Virus record (IMG/VR): IMGVR_UViG_3300043435_000309
Span: 1-38,236 of that record
Reading direction: 5' to 3' (one strand)
Length of the DNA stretch: 38,236 nucleotides
Source of the DNA: a virus
Taxonomy: Duplodnaviria; Caudoviricetes
Program-made: the position numbers and the translations under genes
Shown here: positions 18,694 through 28,154 of the stretch, one piece after another
Position numbering within the stretch: the first letter of the stretch is position 1
How the letters are laid out: each line of letters opens with the position of its first letter
Notes under the pieces: generated by a model
Seen by the model: only the letters and a program-made list of their open reading frames with translations
Told to the model about the DNA's origin: nothing
Databases searched by the model: none

Positions 18694-18902
18694 TGGATAA
18701 AGCAACACAGGTTAGAGTAGACTTATCTTTTACAAGAAATCTTGGAAACTTTGAAAGCATTAAAATTGGAATTGGTGTCGATGATTTTGTCAGAGATGGC
18801 GAAACCGTAGATGCAGCAGCAGACAGAGTGTATAAGTTTGTTGAGGATAAGCTGATCCAAAAGACACAAGAAGTAGAAGAGGAATTGCGTGGCAGTAAAT
18901 AA
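18693..18902 (+). CDS. Phage hypothetical protein
   Basis: 69 aa with an LSFTRNLGNFESIKI motif of a kind I recall from phage replication regions. Overlaps its neighbours. Confidence 0.75.
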   Translation: MDKATQVRVDLSFTRNLGNFESIKIGIGVDDFVRDGETVDAAADRVYKFVEDKLIQKTQEVEEELRGSK

Positions 18903-19206
18903 AGAACCCTATATCCTTCTTTCTCTTTACTCTAATTTATATGAAGGCATGTACAATGCTAAGCCAACAATAAATAGATATAAAGAGAAGTGGGCTATGC
19001 AAGATGTTATAGATAGCATAGGGTTTGAGCGTTCCAAGAATGTTTTATATTACTATTTTGAGACTGGAAAGAATAGACATCCACTAAACTTCTTCTACAA
19101 TAATTTTGAAAGAATAGAAGATATGATGATGCAGATTAAGGAAGATAAAGCTAACAGAAGCCGTCTGTTGCAGGAGACAAAAAAGATGATTGAGGATAAC
19201 GAATGA
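18889..19206 (+). CDS. Hypothetical protein upstream of the helicase
   Basis: GTG start with GAGG upstream, 105 aa, ATGA overlap with dnaB. Confidence 0.75.
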   Translation: MAVNKEPYILLSLYSNLYEGMYNAKPTINRYKEKWAMQDVIDSIGFERSKNVLYYYFETGKNRHPLNFFYNNFERIEDMMMQIKEDKANRSRLLQETKKMIEDNE

Positions 19207-20453
19207 ATACAGAAGCCGAGCTAATCTCAGCGGTATGCAAGAATAAAGACATCAGCACCATACTTGCAGATAACTCAGACGACCTGTTTGTTTCCCATAA
19301 AGATATTTGGGAAGGCCTTAAGTCATACTACTACAAGTTTAGAGCAGTTCCAGAAGCTGGAATCCTGCAAGATAAGTTTAAGGACTTCGAGCCAGTTGAA
19401 ACTAAAGGTGAGACTGGATATTATTTGGACAAGCTTAAGAATGAGTTCGTTGGAAATAAACTAAAGACAATTCTTCTACAGGCTGGATCATCGCTAAAAG
19501 AAGATGCTCCATCCAGAGTGCTTGGAACTATGCAATCTCAGCTAGCAACATTGAGTAGATACACAAACAATGTTAAAGATTTAGATATCACAGATTTGGA
19601 TTCAGCCGAAAGACACTATGAGTCAGTAAGAACTAGATCTTTGGCTATGGGTGGTAGTCCAGGTATCCTAACTGGATTTGAAGCCATTGACAAAGCCTAC
19701 CCAACAGGAATGGCCCCAGGACACCTTATTGTTGCTATTGGCTGGCCAGGGCGTGGTAAGACATGGTTTACCTCCTACCTTGCATGTAAAGCATGGGAGC
19801 AAGGGTTTAAGCCAATGATTGTTTCTCTTGAGATGGCTCCAGAAAACATGAGAGATAGAATTTATACAATGCTTGGATCTGGTTTGTTTAGAGCAAGCGA
19901 CTTGTCTAAAGGAGATATTAATATTGATAGCTTTAAGACATGGGGAAAGAAAAAGACCGAAGGAAAGAATAGTTTTATTCTTGTCTCTAATGAGGGTGCT
20001 GGAGAAGTTACACCAGCAACAATCCAAGGTAAGATTGATCAGCATAAACCAGATCTAGTTATCCTTGATTATCATCAACTATTTAATGATAACAAGCGAA
20101 GCAATTCTGAAGTTGAGCGAAATAGAAATATCTCAAGAGACTTTAAGCTGCTTGCTGTTACAAACGGAATTCCAATTATTGATATCACCGCAGCAACAGC
20201 AGATGATATTTCAGATCAAAAGCAACCCCCAATGATGAGCCAAGTTGCTTGGTCTAAGGCTATTGAGTATGATGCTGATATGGCTATTGCTATTCATAAG
20301 CATGCCAATACTGATCTAATTGAGGTTGTGTCTAGAAAGAATAGACACGGCCACGACTTTAGATTCTTCCTTGATTGGGATATCAATAGAGGAGTTATTA
20401 CTCCTATATATGAAGACCTTCCAGAGATAAGCAATGACTCATCAAAATATTAA
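19203..20453 (+). CDS. dnaB: DnaB-like replicative helicase
   Basis: Walker A GWPGRGKT, SLEM, Walker B LVILDY, IEYDAD, Arg finger KNRHG. Confidence 0.93.
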   Translation: MNTEAELISAVCKNKDISTILADNSDDLFVSHKDIWEGLKSYYYKFRAVPEAGILQDKFKDFEPVETKGETGYYLDKLKNEFVGNKLKTILLQAGSSLKEDAPSRVLGTMQSQLATLSRYTNNVKDLDITDLDSAERHYESVRTRSLAMGGSPGILTGFEAIDKAYPTGMAPGHLIVAIGWPGRGKTWFTSYLACKAWEQGFKPMIVSLEMAPENMRDRIYTMLGSGLFRASDLSKGDINIDSFKTWGKKKTEGKNSFILVSNEGAGEVTPATIQGKIDQHKPDLVILDYHQLFNDNKRSNSEVERNRNISRDFKLLAVTNGIPIIDITAATADDISDQKQPPMMSQVAWSKAIEYDADMAIAIHKHANTDLIEVVSRKNRHGHDFRFFLDWDINRGVITPIYEDLPEISNDSSKY

Positions 20454-20733
20454 AAGGTTTCAGATAGAGGTTCAGTTTTTAGATGATTCTGATATGATCA
20501 GGGTCAAAAGGCAATACGAAGATCTACTTAGTGGGCAGATGAAAGACTCTGGTTATACCAGAGTACTTGACATAGACCCAGCTTTTTCGGTAGAATTTGA
20601 CGGACAGACTTGGAAGTTTTTAATGACTATCCACGGAATCTATGTAGGAAAGAAGAAGGCATGGCAATTAGAGGGTATAACTCAAGGCAAGTTGATAGCT
20701 CGGAGTACACCCCTGCCCATATCAAATCAATAG
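20434..20733 (+). CDS. Hypothetical protein between helicase and primase
   Basis: 99 aa. Overlaps both neighbours, has GAG upstream and normal composition. Confidence 0.7.
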   Translation: MTHQNIKRFQIEVQFLDDSDMIRVKRQYEDLLSGQMKDSGYTRVLDIDPAFSVEFDGQTWKFLMTIHGIYVGKKKAWQLEGITQGKLIARSTPLPISNQ

Positions 20734-21650
20734 TTCAAAGCCTTGGCATAGATATGGTAGGTGAAACATCAAATGATTACCTAGCATACTGCCCATTTCA
20801 TTCAAATAGACACACTTCAAGCTTTAGTATTAGCAAAACAAAAGGTGCGTATATTTGTTTTAACCCATCTTGCGGAGAAGCTGGGACCCTTAGTGATTTA
20901 GTTAAAAGAATATTAAACAAAAATGAATTTCAATCATTAAGGTATATTGAATCTAAGCAGTCAGAAGCCCTAGAAAATTTTGATGAATCTCTTAAGAGCA
21001 TGCTAGAAGATAAGCCAGACTTTGTTGAATTTTCAAAAGACACATTAGACAACTTGCACAACAGCCTTGTAAGTAATGACAAGGCTAAACAGTATTTAGA
21101 ATCTCGTGGAATTAATTTAGAATCAATTGAGTATTTTTCATTAGGGTACTCGGACAACATGGATATGGTAACTGTTCCAGTCCATAGTCCAGACGGAATT
21201 CCAGTCGGCGTTGTAGGTAGATCTATATCAGATAAAAGATTTAAGAATAGTAAAGACCTGCCACGAAGTAAAACAATGTTTAATATACATCGTGCAAAGA
21301 AAATTGGAGACAGAGTTATTGTTGTTGAGTCCAGCTTCGATGCAATTCGTGTTCACCAGGCAGGATTCCCAAACGTTGTCGCTACTTTAGGTGGACACAT
21401 ATCTGGGGATAATCTAGGTTTGCTAAATAGGTATTTTAATACGGTACTAATTATGACAGATGCGGATAAGGCGGGAAGAGATTTAGGCTCAGCAATTGCT
21501 TATAAATTAAGTAATAAAAACATCTTGTGGGCATCGCATTCTTATGGTAGAATATATCCAGAGGGTGTAAAAGATGCAGGTGACATGTCTGATGAAGATA
21601 TTAAAGCCTGTATAACAAATGCCATATCTAATTTTGAATATCGAACTTAA
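20661..21650 (+). CDS. dnaG: DNA primase (CHC2 Zn finger + Toprim)
   Basis: CPFH...CFNPSC; YLESRGI; Toprim VVESSFDA and MTDADKAG; KDAGD. ATG 20661 is preferred over the track's TTG 20610. Confidence 0.92.
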   Translation: MAIRGYNSRQVDSSEYTPAHIKSIVQSLGIDMVGETSNDYLAYCPFHSNRHTSSFSISKTKGAYICFNPSCGEAGTLSDLVKRILNKNEFQSLRYIESKQSEALENFDESLKSMLEDKPDFVEFSKDTLDNLHNSLVSNDKAKQYLESRGINLESIEYFSLGYSDNMDMVTVPVHSPDGIPVGVVGRSISDKRFKNSKDLPRSKTMFNIHRAKKIGDRVIVVESSFDAIRVHQAGFPNVVATLGGHISGDNLGLLNRYFNTVLIMTDADKAGRDLGSAIAYKLSNKNILWASHSYGRIYPEGVKDAGDMSDEDIKACITNAISNFEYRT

Positions 21651-21701
21651 AAATACGTGGTTACAAACGGATATATACCGTTACATACATAAGGAGAAAA
21701 A

Positions 21702-22376
21702 ATGGGAATAGTAAAAGGTTTGTCAGGAATGACAAAAGCAATGGACAAGGTTACATACACAAGTTCAGAAGATAGCAAGGCAAAGTGGTTAAAGATTGAA
21801 GATGGAGAAGCAGTAAAGATTCGCTTCCTGCAAGAGCTTGATCCAGATTCACCACACTATAATGAAAAGATGGGTTGCGGATTTTTTGCAATTGAGCACA
21901 CAAACCCTAAAGATTATCGCCGTAAGGCACTAGATACAATGGAAGATGAAGGCCGTGACTGGGCTCAAGAGCAGCATCGCAAGGATCCAAAGGCTGGCTG
22001 GGGTGCAAGGAAACGACTATACATTAATGTTCTAGTTGATGACGGAAAGACTGAGCCATATGTGGCAATTCTTTCTCAGGGCGTAAGCGGTAAAACAATT
22101 ACACCAACGCTAATCGAATATGCAAACGAAATGGGAAGCATCACAAACCTAATGTGGCGTGTAAAGCGTAGTGGTCTTAAGACAGACACAAGCTACACAA
22201 TTATCCCACTTGCTAAAGATGAGAAGCCATTTGATTTCTCTGCTGTAGAGCTATTTGATCTAGAGAAGACAGCAGTCAGAAGCGTACCATACGCAGAGCA
22301 AGAAGCTTTCTATACTGGAGAATCAGCTCCAGAAGAAAGAGAATCTTCTTCAACAAGCAGCAGCGTAGACTGGTAG
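21702..22376 (+). CDS. Phage-type single-stranded DNA-binding protein (gp32-like architecture)
   Basis: Strong SD AAGGAG. WLKI.DGE.VKIRFL...R.YINVLV...RSG..TDTSYTIIP with an acidic/Ser tail ending in W. Lies between primase and polymerase. Confidence 0.7.
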   Translation: MGIVKGLSGMTKAMDKVTYTSSEDSKAKWLKIEDGEAVKIRFLQELDPDSPHYNEKMGCGFFAIEHTNPKDYRRKALDTMEDEGRDWAQEQHRKDPKAGWGARKRLYINVLVDDGKTEPYVAILSQGVSGKTITPTLIEYANEMGSITNLMWRVKRSGLKTDTSYTIIPLAKDEKPFDFSAVELFDLEKTAVRSVPYAEQEAFYTGESAPEERESSSTSSSVDW

Positions 22377-22385
22377 TATTAAATA

Positions 22386-22418
22386 GTGGAGGCGGTATTG
22401 ACCGCCTCCACATTATTT
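22386..22418 (+). terminator. 11-bp perfect GC-rich hairpin, terminator-like
   Basis: GTGGAGGCGGT-ATTG-ACCGCCTCCAC followed by ATTATTT, 9 nt after the SSB stop. Confidence 0.7.
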
Positions 22419-22426
22419 AGTAGAAT
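22398..22426 (+). promoter_or_regulatory. Promoter overlapping the hairpin, leaderless start
   Basis: TTGACC at 22398-22403, 17-nt spacer, TAGAAT at 22421-22426. ATG 22433 is 7 nt after the -10. Confidence 0.7.
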
Positions 22427-22432
22427 AGCACA

Positions 22433-22639
22433 ATGAGAACATACGAAATCCCAGACCCATTTGAAACTTTTGTTTCCAATAAGTATAAAAACTACACGGG
22501 CGCCTTGTATGATTTTTTTGCCAGAGAATGGCACATGAAATGCGGATGTTGCAAAGAAGATTTGTATGCACCAACAAAAAAGATATTAACTAAAATTAGA
22601 CTATATCATACTAGAAATGAATGCTGTGGTGGATACTAA
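22433..22639 (+). CDS. Small Cys/His-rich putative zinc-binding protein
   Basis: 68 aa with CGCC...HTRNECC. Confidence 0.75.
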   Translation: MRTYEIPDPFETFVSNKYKNYTGALYDFFAREWHMKCGCCKEDLYAPTKKILTKIRLYHTRNECCGGY

Positions 22640-22788
22640 TGACAAAAATTAAAGTTAATCGTGGTACACAAATTGCTAGCTATTCATTCGGAATATACCT
22701 ACATAACTGGGGATATCCAATTGCAAATGAATGGGAAGTCGGAATTTACTTTTTTAAATGGTACGTAGGCTTGGAGTTATTTAAATGA
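22639..22788 (+). CDS. 49-aa aromatic-rich hypothetical protein (not in ORF track)
   Basis: Hand translation MTKIKVNRGTQIASYSFGIYLHNWGYPIANEWEVGIYFFKWYVGLELFK. Coupled by TAATG upstream and ATGA downstream. Confidence 0.7.
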   Translation: MTKIKVNRGTQIASYSFGIYLHNWGYPIANEWEVGIYFFKWYVGLELFK

Positions 22789-25700
22789 CATTTACGCATT
22801 TACATGTTCACTCTTATTATTCTTTAATGGACGGTCTTAACTCGCCAGAAGAACTGTGTCAGGCAGCGTTAGATGCAGGGCAAACAGCAATTGCTATAAC
22901 AGATCATGGGACATTGTCTTCTCATAGAGATATGCAGATTGCGGCAAAGAAGCTTGGCATAAAGCCTATTTTAGGAGTTGAAGCTTATATATCACCAACA
23001 GATAGATTTGATAGATCTTCTAAAACGGATAAATCTATTCAGGCGTATAATCATATTATTCTTTTAGCTAAGAATAAAAAGGGTTTAGAGAATATCAACA
23101 CCCTGCAAGAGCTTGCATGGACAGAAGGCTTTTATCATAAGCCACGTATTGATAGGGAGGTGCTTAAGGAATATGCGGAAGGTATTATTGTACTCTCTGG
23201 ATGCCTTAATGGTCTTATCTCTAAGGCTATCGAAAAAGGCGAGTTCTCTGAAGCTAAACTTATTCTCAAAGACTTTCAAAAAACTTTCGGTAAAGATTTT
23301 TATATTGAGGTACAGTCTCACAACCCAGAAGAAATAAATTCGAAGCTGCTTGAATTAGCAGATGAACTTAAAATTAAGGCTGTGGCAACAGGTGATTCGC
23401 ACTTTGCTAAAGAAGAAGATAGAGTATTAGAAGAAGCAATGCTTATTCTATCTACATCTCCTAAATCAGATAAAGATGCAGACTTTGAAATGTCTAGGCA
23501 AATGCCAGATATGCTAGATAGATTTAATTACCTATATCCAGACCGTAAAATATCATTTGCAGACTATAATTTATTTATTCAAAGTAGGTCTGAAATTGAG
23601 GCGGACTTTAATAAAGCAGGTATTACTCGTACAGATATATATGATAATACAATGGAAATTGCTGATAAGATTGAAGAATATGACTTCAATAGGGGATTAG
23701 ATCTGCTCCCTATCCCAAAGACCAATGCTGACAAGAAACTGTCTGATATGGCCTTAGAAGGCCTTAAAAGACTATCTCTGGACAAAGATCAGGTCTACTT
23801 GGATAGAATTGCAGAAGAGTTATCTATAATTAAAGATAAGTCATTTGCATCATACTTCCTAGTTGTAGCCGATATGATTACATGGGCTAAATCAAATAAT
23901 ATTATGGTTGGTCCTGGCCGTGGTTCTGCTGCAGGCTCATTAGTTTGCTATGCTCTTGGAATTACAGATGTAGATCCTATTAAGTATGACCTTCTATTCT
24001 TCCGCTTTATTAATCCAGAGCGAAATGACTTTCCAGATATCGATACTGACTTTGAAGACCGTCGCCGCAAAGAGGTTAAGGATTACTTAAAAAAGAAGTT
24101 TAAGCACGTCGCATCTATTTCTACATTTACTTATTTTAAGGATAAGGGTGTTATTCGTGATGCTGCCCGTGTATTTATGGTTCCGCTGTCTGATGTAAAT
24201 CGTGCAATGAAATCTATTGACACATTTGAAGACTTTATGGATTCACCAAATACAAAAGAGTTTAGAACAAAATACCCAGAGGTAACTTGGCTTGCTGAAA
24301 AGCTACGTGGAAAAATTCGCAGCGTTGGAGTGCATGCTGCTGGAGTTGTAGTAGCAAAAGATGATTTAAGAAAGTATGCTCCAATAGAGTCTAGAGCAGA
24401 TGCAAACGATGAAGTGTCTGGAAGAATTCCAGTCGTGGCATACGATATGGATACGGTTGCAGATATAGGTCTTATTAAACTAGATGCCCTAGGACTTAAG
24501 ACTTTATCTGTAATCTCTGATACCTTAAAAACAATTAAGGACAGATCGGGTAAAGAAATTAATCTATATGAAATACCACTTGATGATCAAAATGTGTATA
24601 AGATATTTAATGATGGATACACAAAGGGAATATTTCAGGCAGAAGCAACTCCATACACAAACCTTCTTATAAAGATGCGGGTGGATAAGTTTGAAGATTT
24701 AGCTGCATCTAACGCTTTGGTGCGCCCAGGTGCAATGAATACGGTTGGTTCCTCTTACATTAAGCGTAAGCATGGGGACGAAGCAGTTCATTACACTCAT
24801 CCTATTATGAAGCCTTTCACAGAAAATACATATGGAGTTATTATTTATCAAGAGCAGGTTATGCAAGCATGCGTACACTTGGGCGGAATGACTTGGTCGG
24901 AAGCGGACAAGGTTAGAAAGGTTATTGGTAAGAAGCAGGATGCAAAAGAACTCAGTCCTTTTAAAGATAAGTTTATTGAGGGCGCTAAGAAGCATATCAG
25001 CGCCGATGAAGCAGAAAACCTCTGGAAAAACTTCGAAGCACATGCTGGATACTCATTCAATCGCAGTCACGCTGTCGCTTATTCTATGCTTTCTTATTAT
25101 ACCGCTTGGCTTAAGTGTTATTATCCTTTGGAATTTCTATTCTCGATCCTTAAGAACGAAGGAGACAAAGACGCCAGAACAGGATATCTGATTGAAGCAA
25201 AAAGACTTGGCATTAAGGTAAAGCTTCCACATGTAAATGAGTCTGATGTAAACTTTTCATTACAGAAAGATTCTATTAGGTTTGGATTGGCAGAAGTTAA
25301 ATTTATTTCAGACAGCATTGCAAATAAGATTATAGAAAAGAGACCTTATGAAAATTATAAAGACTTTGTTGACAAAGCATCCAAGAAAGGCAGTGGTATT
25401 AATTCTAGGGCCATTTCTTCTCTTAATGCTATTGGCGGGGCTGCTTTTGATGATAACCCTAGAAGCGGTAAAGAAGCCGAGTCTTATTACGAATTTTTAG
25501 GAATACCTTCATTTAATCTTTCTAATCTAGACCCAAAGATTAAAGCACAGGCTAGACCAATTGATGAGTTTGAAGAACTTGGATCTTTTGTTATGTTTGG
25601 AATGGCAAAGAGTATAAAGCGTGGAAATGGTTGGTCAAGAATCGAGCTTGTTGATGAAAGCGGATCAGTAGGTCTTTTTGATATTGAGCAAACAAAAATA

Positions 25701-26054
25701 GAAACAAATAAAATGTATTTTGTTCTTGTTGGAGACAATAGAATATCTAGATATGTAGAAGTTGATTTAATTAACAAAGACTCTGAGGATGCTTTTGTTA
25801 AATACCTATATGCACAGTCGTACCCTATTGACGAAAATCAAAGGTTTGTGATAAGCTATACACCATATAAAACAAAAGCTGGTAAAACTATGGCACACTT
25901 AGTTATGTCAGATAAAGATAAGAATTTAAATAGAGCAATTGTATTTTCAAGTATGTACCCGCTCTCTTTGGCAAAAATGAGAGAAGGAATGACATGCGAG
26001 CCAGTTCTAAAAACTTTAGAAGATGGAACACTTATGGTTAAGGAAGTAAAATGA
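22785..26054 (+). CDS. dnaE: DNA polymerase III alpha subunit (family C)
   Basis: PHP motifs HLHVHSYYSLMDG and TDHG; GPGRGSAAGSLV; catalytic PDIDTDF; HAAGVVV; KLDALGL; YSFNRSHA. Confidence 0.97.
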   Translation: MTFTHLHVHSYYSLMDGLNSPEELCQAALDAGQTAIAITDHGTLSSHRDMQIAAKKLGIKPILGVEAYISPTDRFDRSSKTDKSIQAYNHIILLAKNKKGLENINTLQELAWTEGFYHKPRIDREVLKEYAEGIIVLSGCLNGLISKAIEKGEFSEAKLILKDFQKTFGKDFYIEVQSHNPEEINSKLLELADELKIKAVATGDSHFAKEEDRVLEEAMLILSTSPKSDKDADFEMSRQMPDMLDRFNYLYPDRKISFADYNLFIQSRSEIEADFNKAGITRTDIYDNTMEIADKIEEYDFNRGLDLLPIPKTNADKKLSDMALEGLKRLSLDKDQVYLDRIAEELSIIKDKSFASYFLVVADMITWAKSNNIMVGPGRGSAAGSLVCYALGITDVDPIKYDLLFFRFINPERNDFPDIDTDFEDRRRKEVKDYLKKKFKHVASISTFTYFKDKGVIRDAARVFMVPLSDVNRAMKSIDTFEDFMDSPNTKEFRTKYPEVTWLAEKLRGKIRSVGVHAAGVVVAKDDLRKYAPIESRADANDEVSGRIPVVAYDMDTVADIGLIKLDALGLKTLSVISDTLKTIKDRSGKEINLYEIPLDDQNVYKIFNDGYTKGIFQAEATPYTNLLIKMRVDKFEDLAASNALVRPGAMNTVGSSYIKRKHGDEAVHYTHPIMKPFTENTYGVIIYQEQVMQACVHLGGMTWSEADKVRKVIGKKQDAKELSPFKDKFIEGAKKHISADEAENLWKNFEAHAGYSFNRSHAVAYSMLSYYTAWLKCYYPLEFLFSILKNEGDKDARTGYLIEAKRLGIKVKLPHVNESDVNFSLQKDSIRFGLAEVKFISDSIANKIIEKRPYENYKDFVDKASKKGSGINSRAISSLNAIGGAAFDDNPRSGKEAESYYEFLGIPSFNLSNLDPKIKAQARPIDEFEELGSFVMFGMAKSIKRGNGWSRIELVDESGSVGLFDIEQTKIETNKMYFVLVGDNRISRYVEVDLINKDSEDAFVKYLYAQSYPIDENQRFVISYTPYKTKAGKTMAHLVMSDKDKNLNRAIVFSSMYPLSLAKMREGMTCEPVLKTLEDGTLMVKEVK

Positions 26055-26275
26055 CAGAAAACAATGAAGATGTTTTTAAGACTATGAATGCAACAAAGGT
26101 TCTGGTTGCAATTTTAAATAAAATTGGATCTATTGAGATACCAACTGAAGATTTTATTAACTCTAACAAGGAAGACTCGCAGCTTTCTGTAACATACAAT
26201 GATGAGAACTTGTCATTTGAGTTTAAGCTAGAGCCACTAGGATCTAAATCTGACTATGAATTGGCTAATGATTAA
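26051..26275 (+). CDS. Acidic hypothetical protein
   Basis: 74 aa, ATGA overlap, SD AAGGA. Confidence 0.75.
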   Translation: MTENNEDVFKTMNATKVLVAILNKIGSIEIPTEDFINSNKEDSQLSVTYNDENLSFEFKLEPLGSKSDYELAND

Positions 26276-26278
26276 TTG

Positions 26279-27283
26279 ATGGAAATGCAACTAGACGACA
26301 TTTTAGCTAAGCTTGACCCAAAGACAAGGGCCAGAGTTCAGTCTGCTGTTGATATTCAAATAGAGAAGCAGCCAACACCGAGCATTGGATTAAACCTAGC
26401 ATTAAATGGTGGATTTGCTTACGGAAGACAGATACTTGTGTGGGGCAATAAGTCAGCAGGAAAATCTTCTTTTTGTCTACAAATGATAGCGCTTGCTCAA
26501 AAAGAAGGAAAAACTTGTGCTTGGATTGATGCAGAGCATTCTTATGACCCAGAGTGGGCAGAGAAGCTTGGTGTAGACTCTAAGCAATTGATTTATTCTC
26601 CAGCTAAAACAGTTAATGATATGGTGGATGTTGCAACAAAACTTATGGAAGCAGGAGTAGATTTAATTGTAGTTGATTCAATCTCAGCTTTGCTTCCAGC
26701 CATCTATTTTGAAAAAGATGGAAATGAAATGAAAGACTTGCAAGACACAAAGCAAATCGGCGCAGAAGCAAAGGATATGACCCACGCAGTCAAAATGTTA
26801 AACTATGCAAACAAAAATACATTACTCGTTCTCATTTCACAACAAAGAAACCAGTTTGGATCTATGCATGCTAGCCACATACCCACGGGAGGAATGGCAG
26901 TTAAATTCTTCTCATCTACAGTTATTAAGTTATGGTCTTCGGAAGCCGAAGCTAATGCTATTAAAGCTGGCATTAAGGTTGGTGACAAAATTATTGAGCA
27001 AAGAGTTGGCAGGCCAGTCAATTGGATTGTTGATTACAACAAAGTCGGTCCCCCAAATTTATCTGGACAGTATGACTTCTACTACCAAGGAGAATCTCTC
27101 GGTATAGATTATGTTGGTGAGACATTAGATGTTTCAGAAATGTGTGGAATTATTGAAAAGGGTGGAGCATGGTATACAGTAAATGGAGAACGTTTTCAAG
27201 GACGTGCAAAGGCTGTAGCGTATTTAAAGGAAAATCCAGATGTTGTAGACAACTTAATAGGAGAGATAAATGCCAAATCTTAA
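26279..27283 (+). CDS. recA: RecA-family recombinase
   Basis: TPSIGLNLAL.GG...GR; Walker A GNKSAGKS; WIDAEH; Walker B LIVVDSI; TGGMAVKFFSS; KGGAWY; QGR. Start is TTG 26276 or ATG 26279. Confidence 0.95.
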   Translation: MEMQLDDILAKLDPKTRARVQSAVDIQIEKQPTPSIGLNLALNGGFAYGRQILVWGNKSAGKSSFCLQMIALAQKEGKTCAWIDAEHSYDPEWAEKLGVDSKQLIYSPAKTVNDMVDVATKLMEAGVDLIVVDSISALLPAIYFEKDGNEMKDLQDTKQIGAEAKDMTHAVKMLNYANKNTLLVLISQQRNQFGSMHASHIPTGGMAVKFFSSTVIKLWSSEAEANAIKAGIKVGDKIIEQRVGRPVNWIVDYNKVGPPNLSGQYDFYYQGESLGIDYVGETLDVSEMCGIIEKGGAWYTVNGERFQGRAKAVAYLKENPDVVDNLIGEINAKS

Positions 27284-27461
27284 TGAATTTTTTGCTTCTA
27301 AAACTGAAGAGCCTAAAGATAGCAGGGTTGAAAGAATAGATCAGGAAAGACCATGCAGTAAGTGTGATCTTTCAGTTCCGTTCTATAATTTTAATCAAGC
27401 TACTTTTGAAATGTATTGGACATGTTCAAATGGTCATGAGACAAAGCATAAGCTTAACTAA
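27270..27461 (+). CDS. Small zinc-ribbon protein
   Basis: CSKC...WTCSNGH, SD AGGAG. Confidence 0.75.
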   Translation: MPNLNEFFASKTEEPKDSRVERIDQERPCSKCDLSVPFYNFNQATFEMYWTCSNGHETKHKLN

Positions 27462-27769
27462 TGTCAGAAAGAGCAGAAGTAAAAAGAGATGGCGCTAAAG
27501 CACAAAAAAATAGTGGCCGTGGTGAGTATCAAAAAGGCGATGCTAAATGGAAAAACTTTTTAGTAGATTACAAAGAAGCCAAAGCATCGTTTACTTTAAA
27601 CAAAGATGTATGGGCTAAAATCTGTACAGATACTTTTAAGGTAAGTAGGGATATGCACCCTGCCCTTAAAATTATTATCGGAGGGGATTTCAAGGTCCGT
27701 CTTGGAATCATAGAGTGGTCAGTACTAGAAGAACTGATCACATTTTGGGAGGAAAATAAAAATGGCTAA
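27461..27769 (+). CDS. Small PD-(D/E)XK nuclease, Holliday-junction-resolvase-like
   Basis: 102 aa. E...NSG.G...KGDA....FLVDYK resembles Hjc-type cores. Confidence 0.65.
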   Translation: MSERAEVKRDGAKAQKNSGRGEYQKGDAKWKNFLVDYKEAKASFTLNKDVWAKICTDTFKVSRDMHPALKIIIGGDFKVRLGIIEWSVLEELITFWEENKNG

Positions 27770-28154
27770 TCCAATTATTACAATTGTTGGAAGAGTTGGT
27801 AGTGAACCAGAAGCTGTGGGATCAAATGGACTTCGCTTTAGAGTTGCTACTAATGATCGTGTTAAGAATGATGTTACTGGGGAGTGGGAAGACAAGAACA
27901 CCTCTTGGTGGACAGTAAAGGCCTGGCGAACGCTTGCAGATCAATCTAAGTCTGTAATTAAAAAGGGCATGGAAGTTATTATTGTAGGAAAGATTTTTGA
28001 AGATACATGGACAGATAAAGATGGCGTAAAGAGAAGCTCTTATGAGATTAACGCTGATTCAATCTCTGTAACAGCTTACACCTTATCTAAGGACAAGGCA
28101 CCAGGAAATAACGATTTCCCTTCATACAAGACATATGCAGAGGTTCCGTTTTAA
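27762..28154 (+). CDS. ssb: Bacterial-type single-stranded DNA-binding protein (OB fold)
   Basis: ITIVGRVGSEP...FRVATN.R....GEW....TSWWTVKAWR.LA......KKG..V...G.....W.DKDG.KR...EI.A, ending EVPF. Confidence 0.9.
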   Translation: MANPIITIVGRVGSEPEAVGSNGLRFRVATNDRVKNDVTGEWEDKNTSWWTVKAWRTLADQSKSVIKKGMEVIIVGKIFEDTWTDKDGVKRSSYEINADSISVTAYTLSKDKAPGNNDFPSYKTYAEVPF

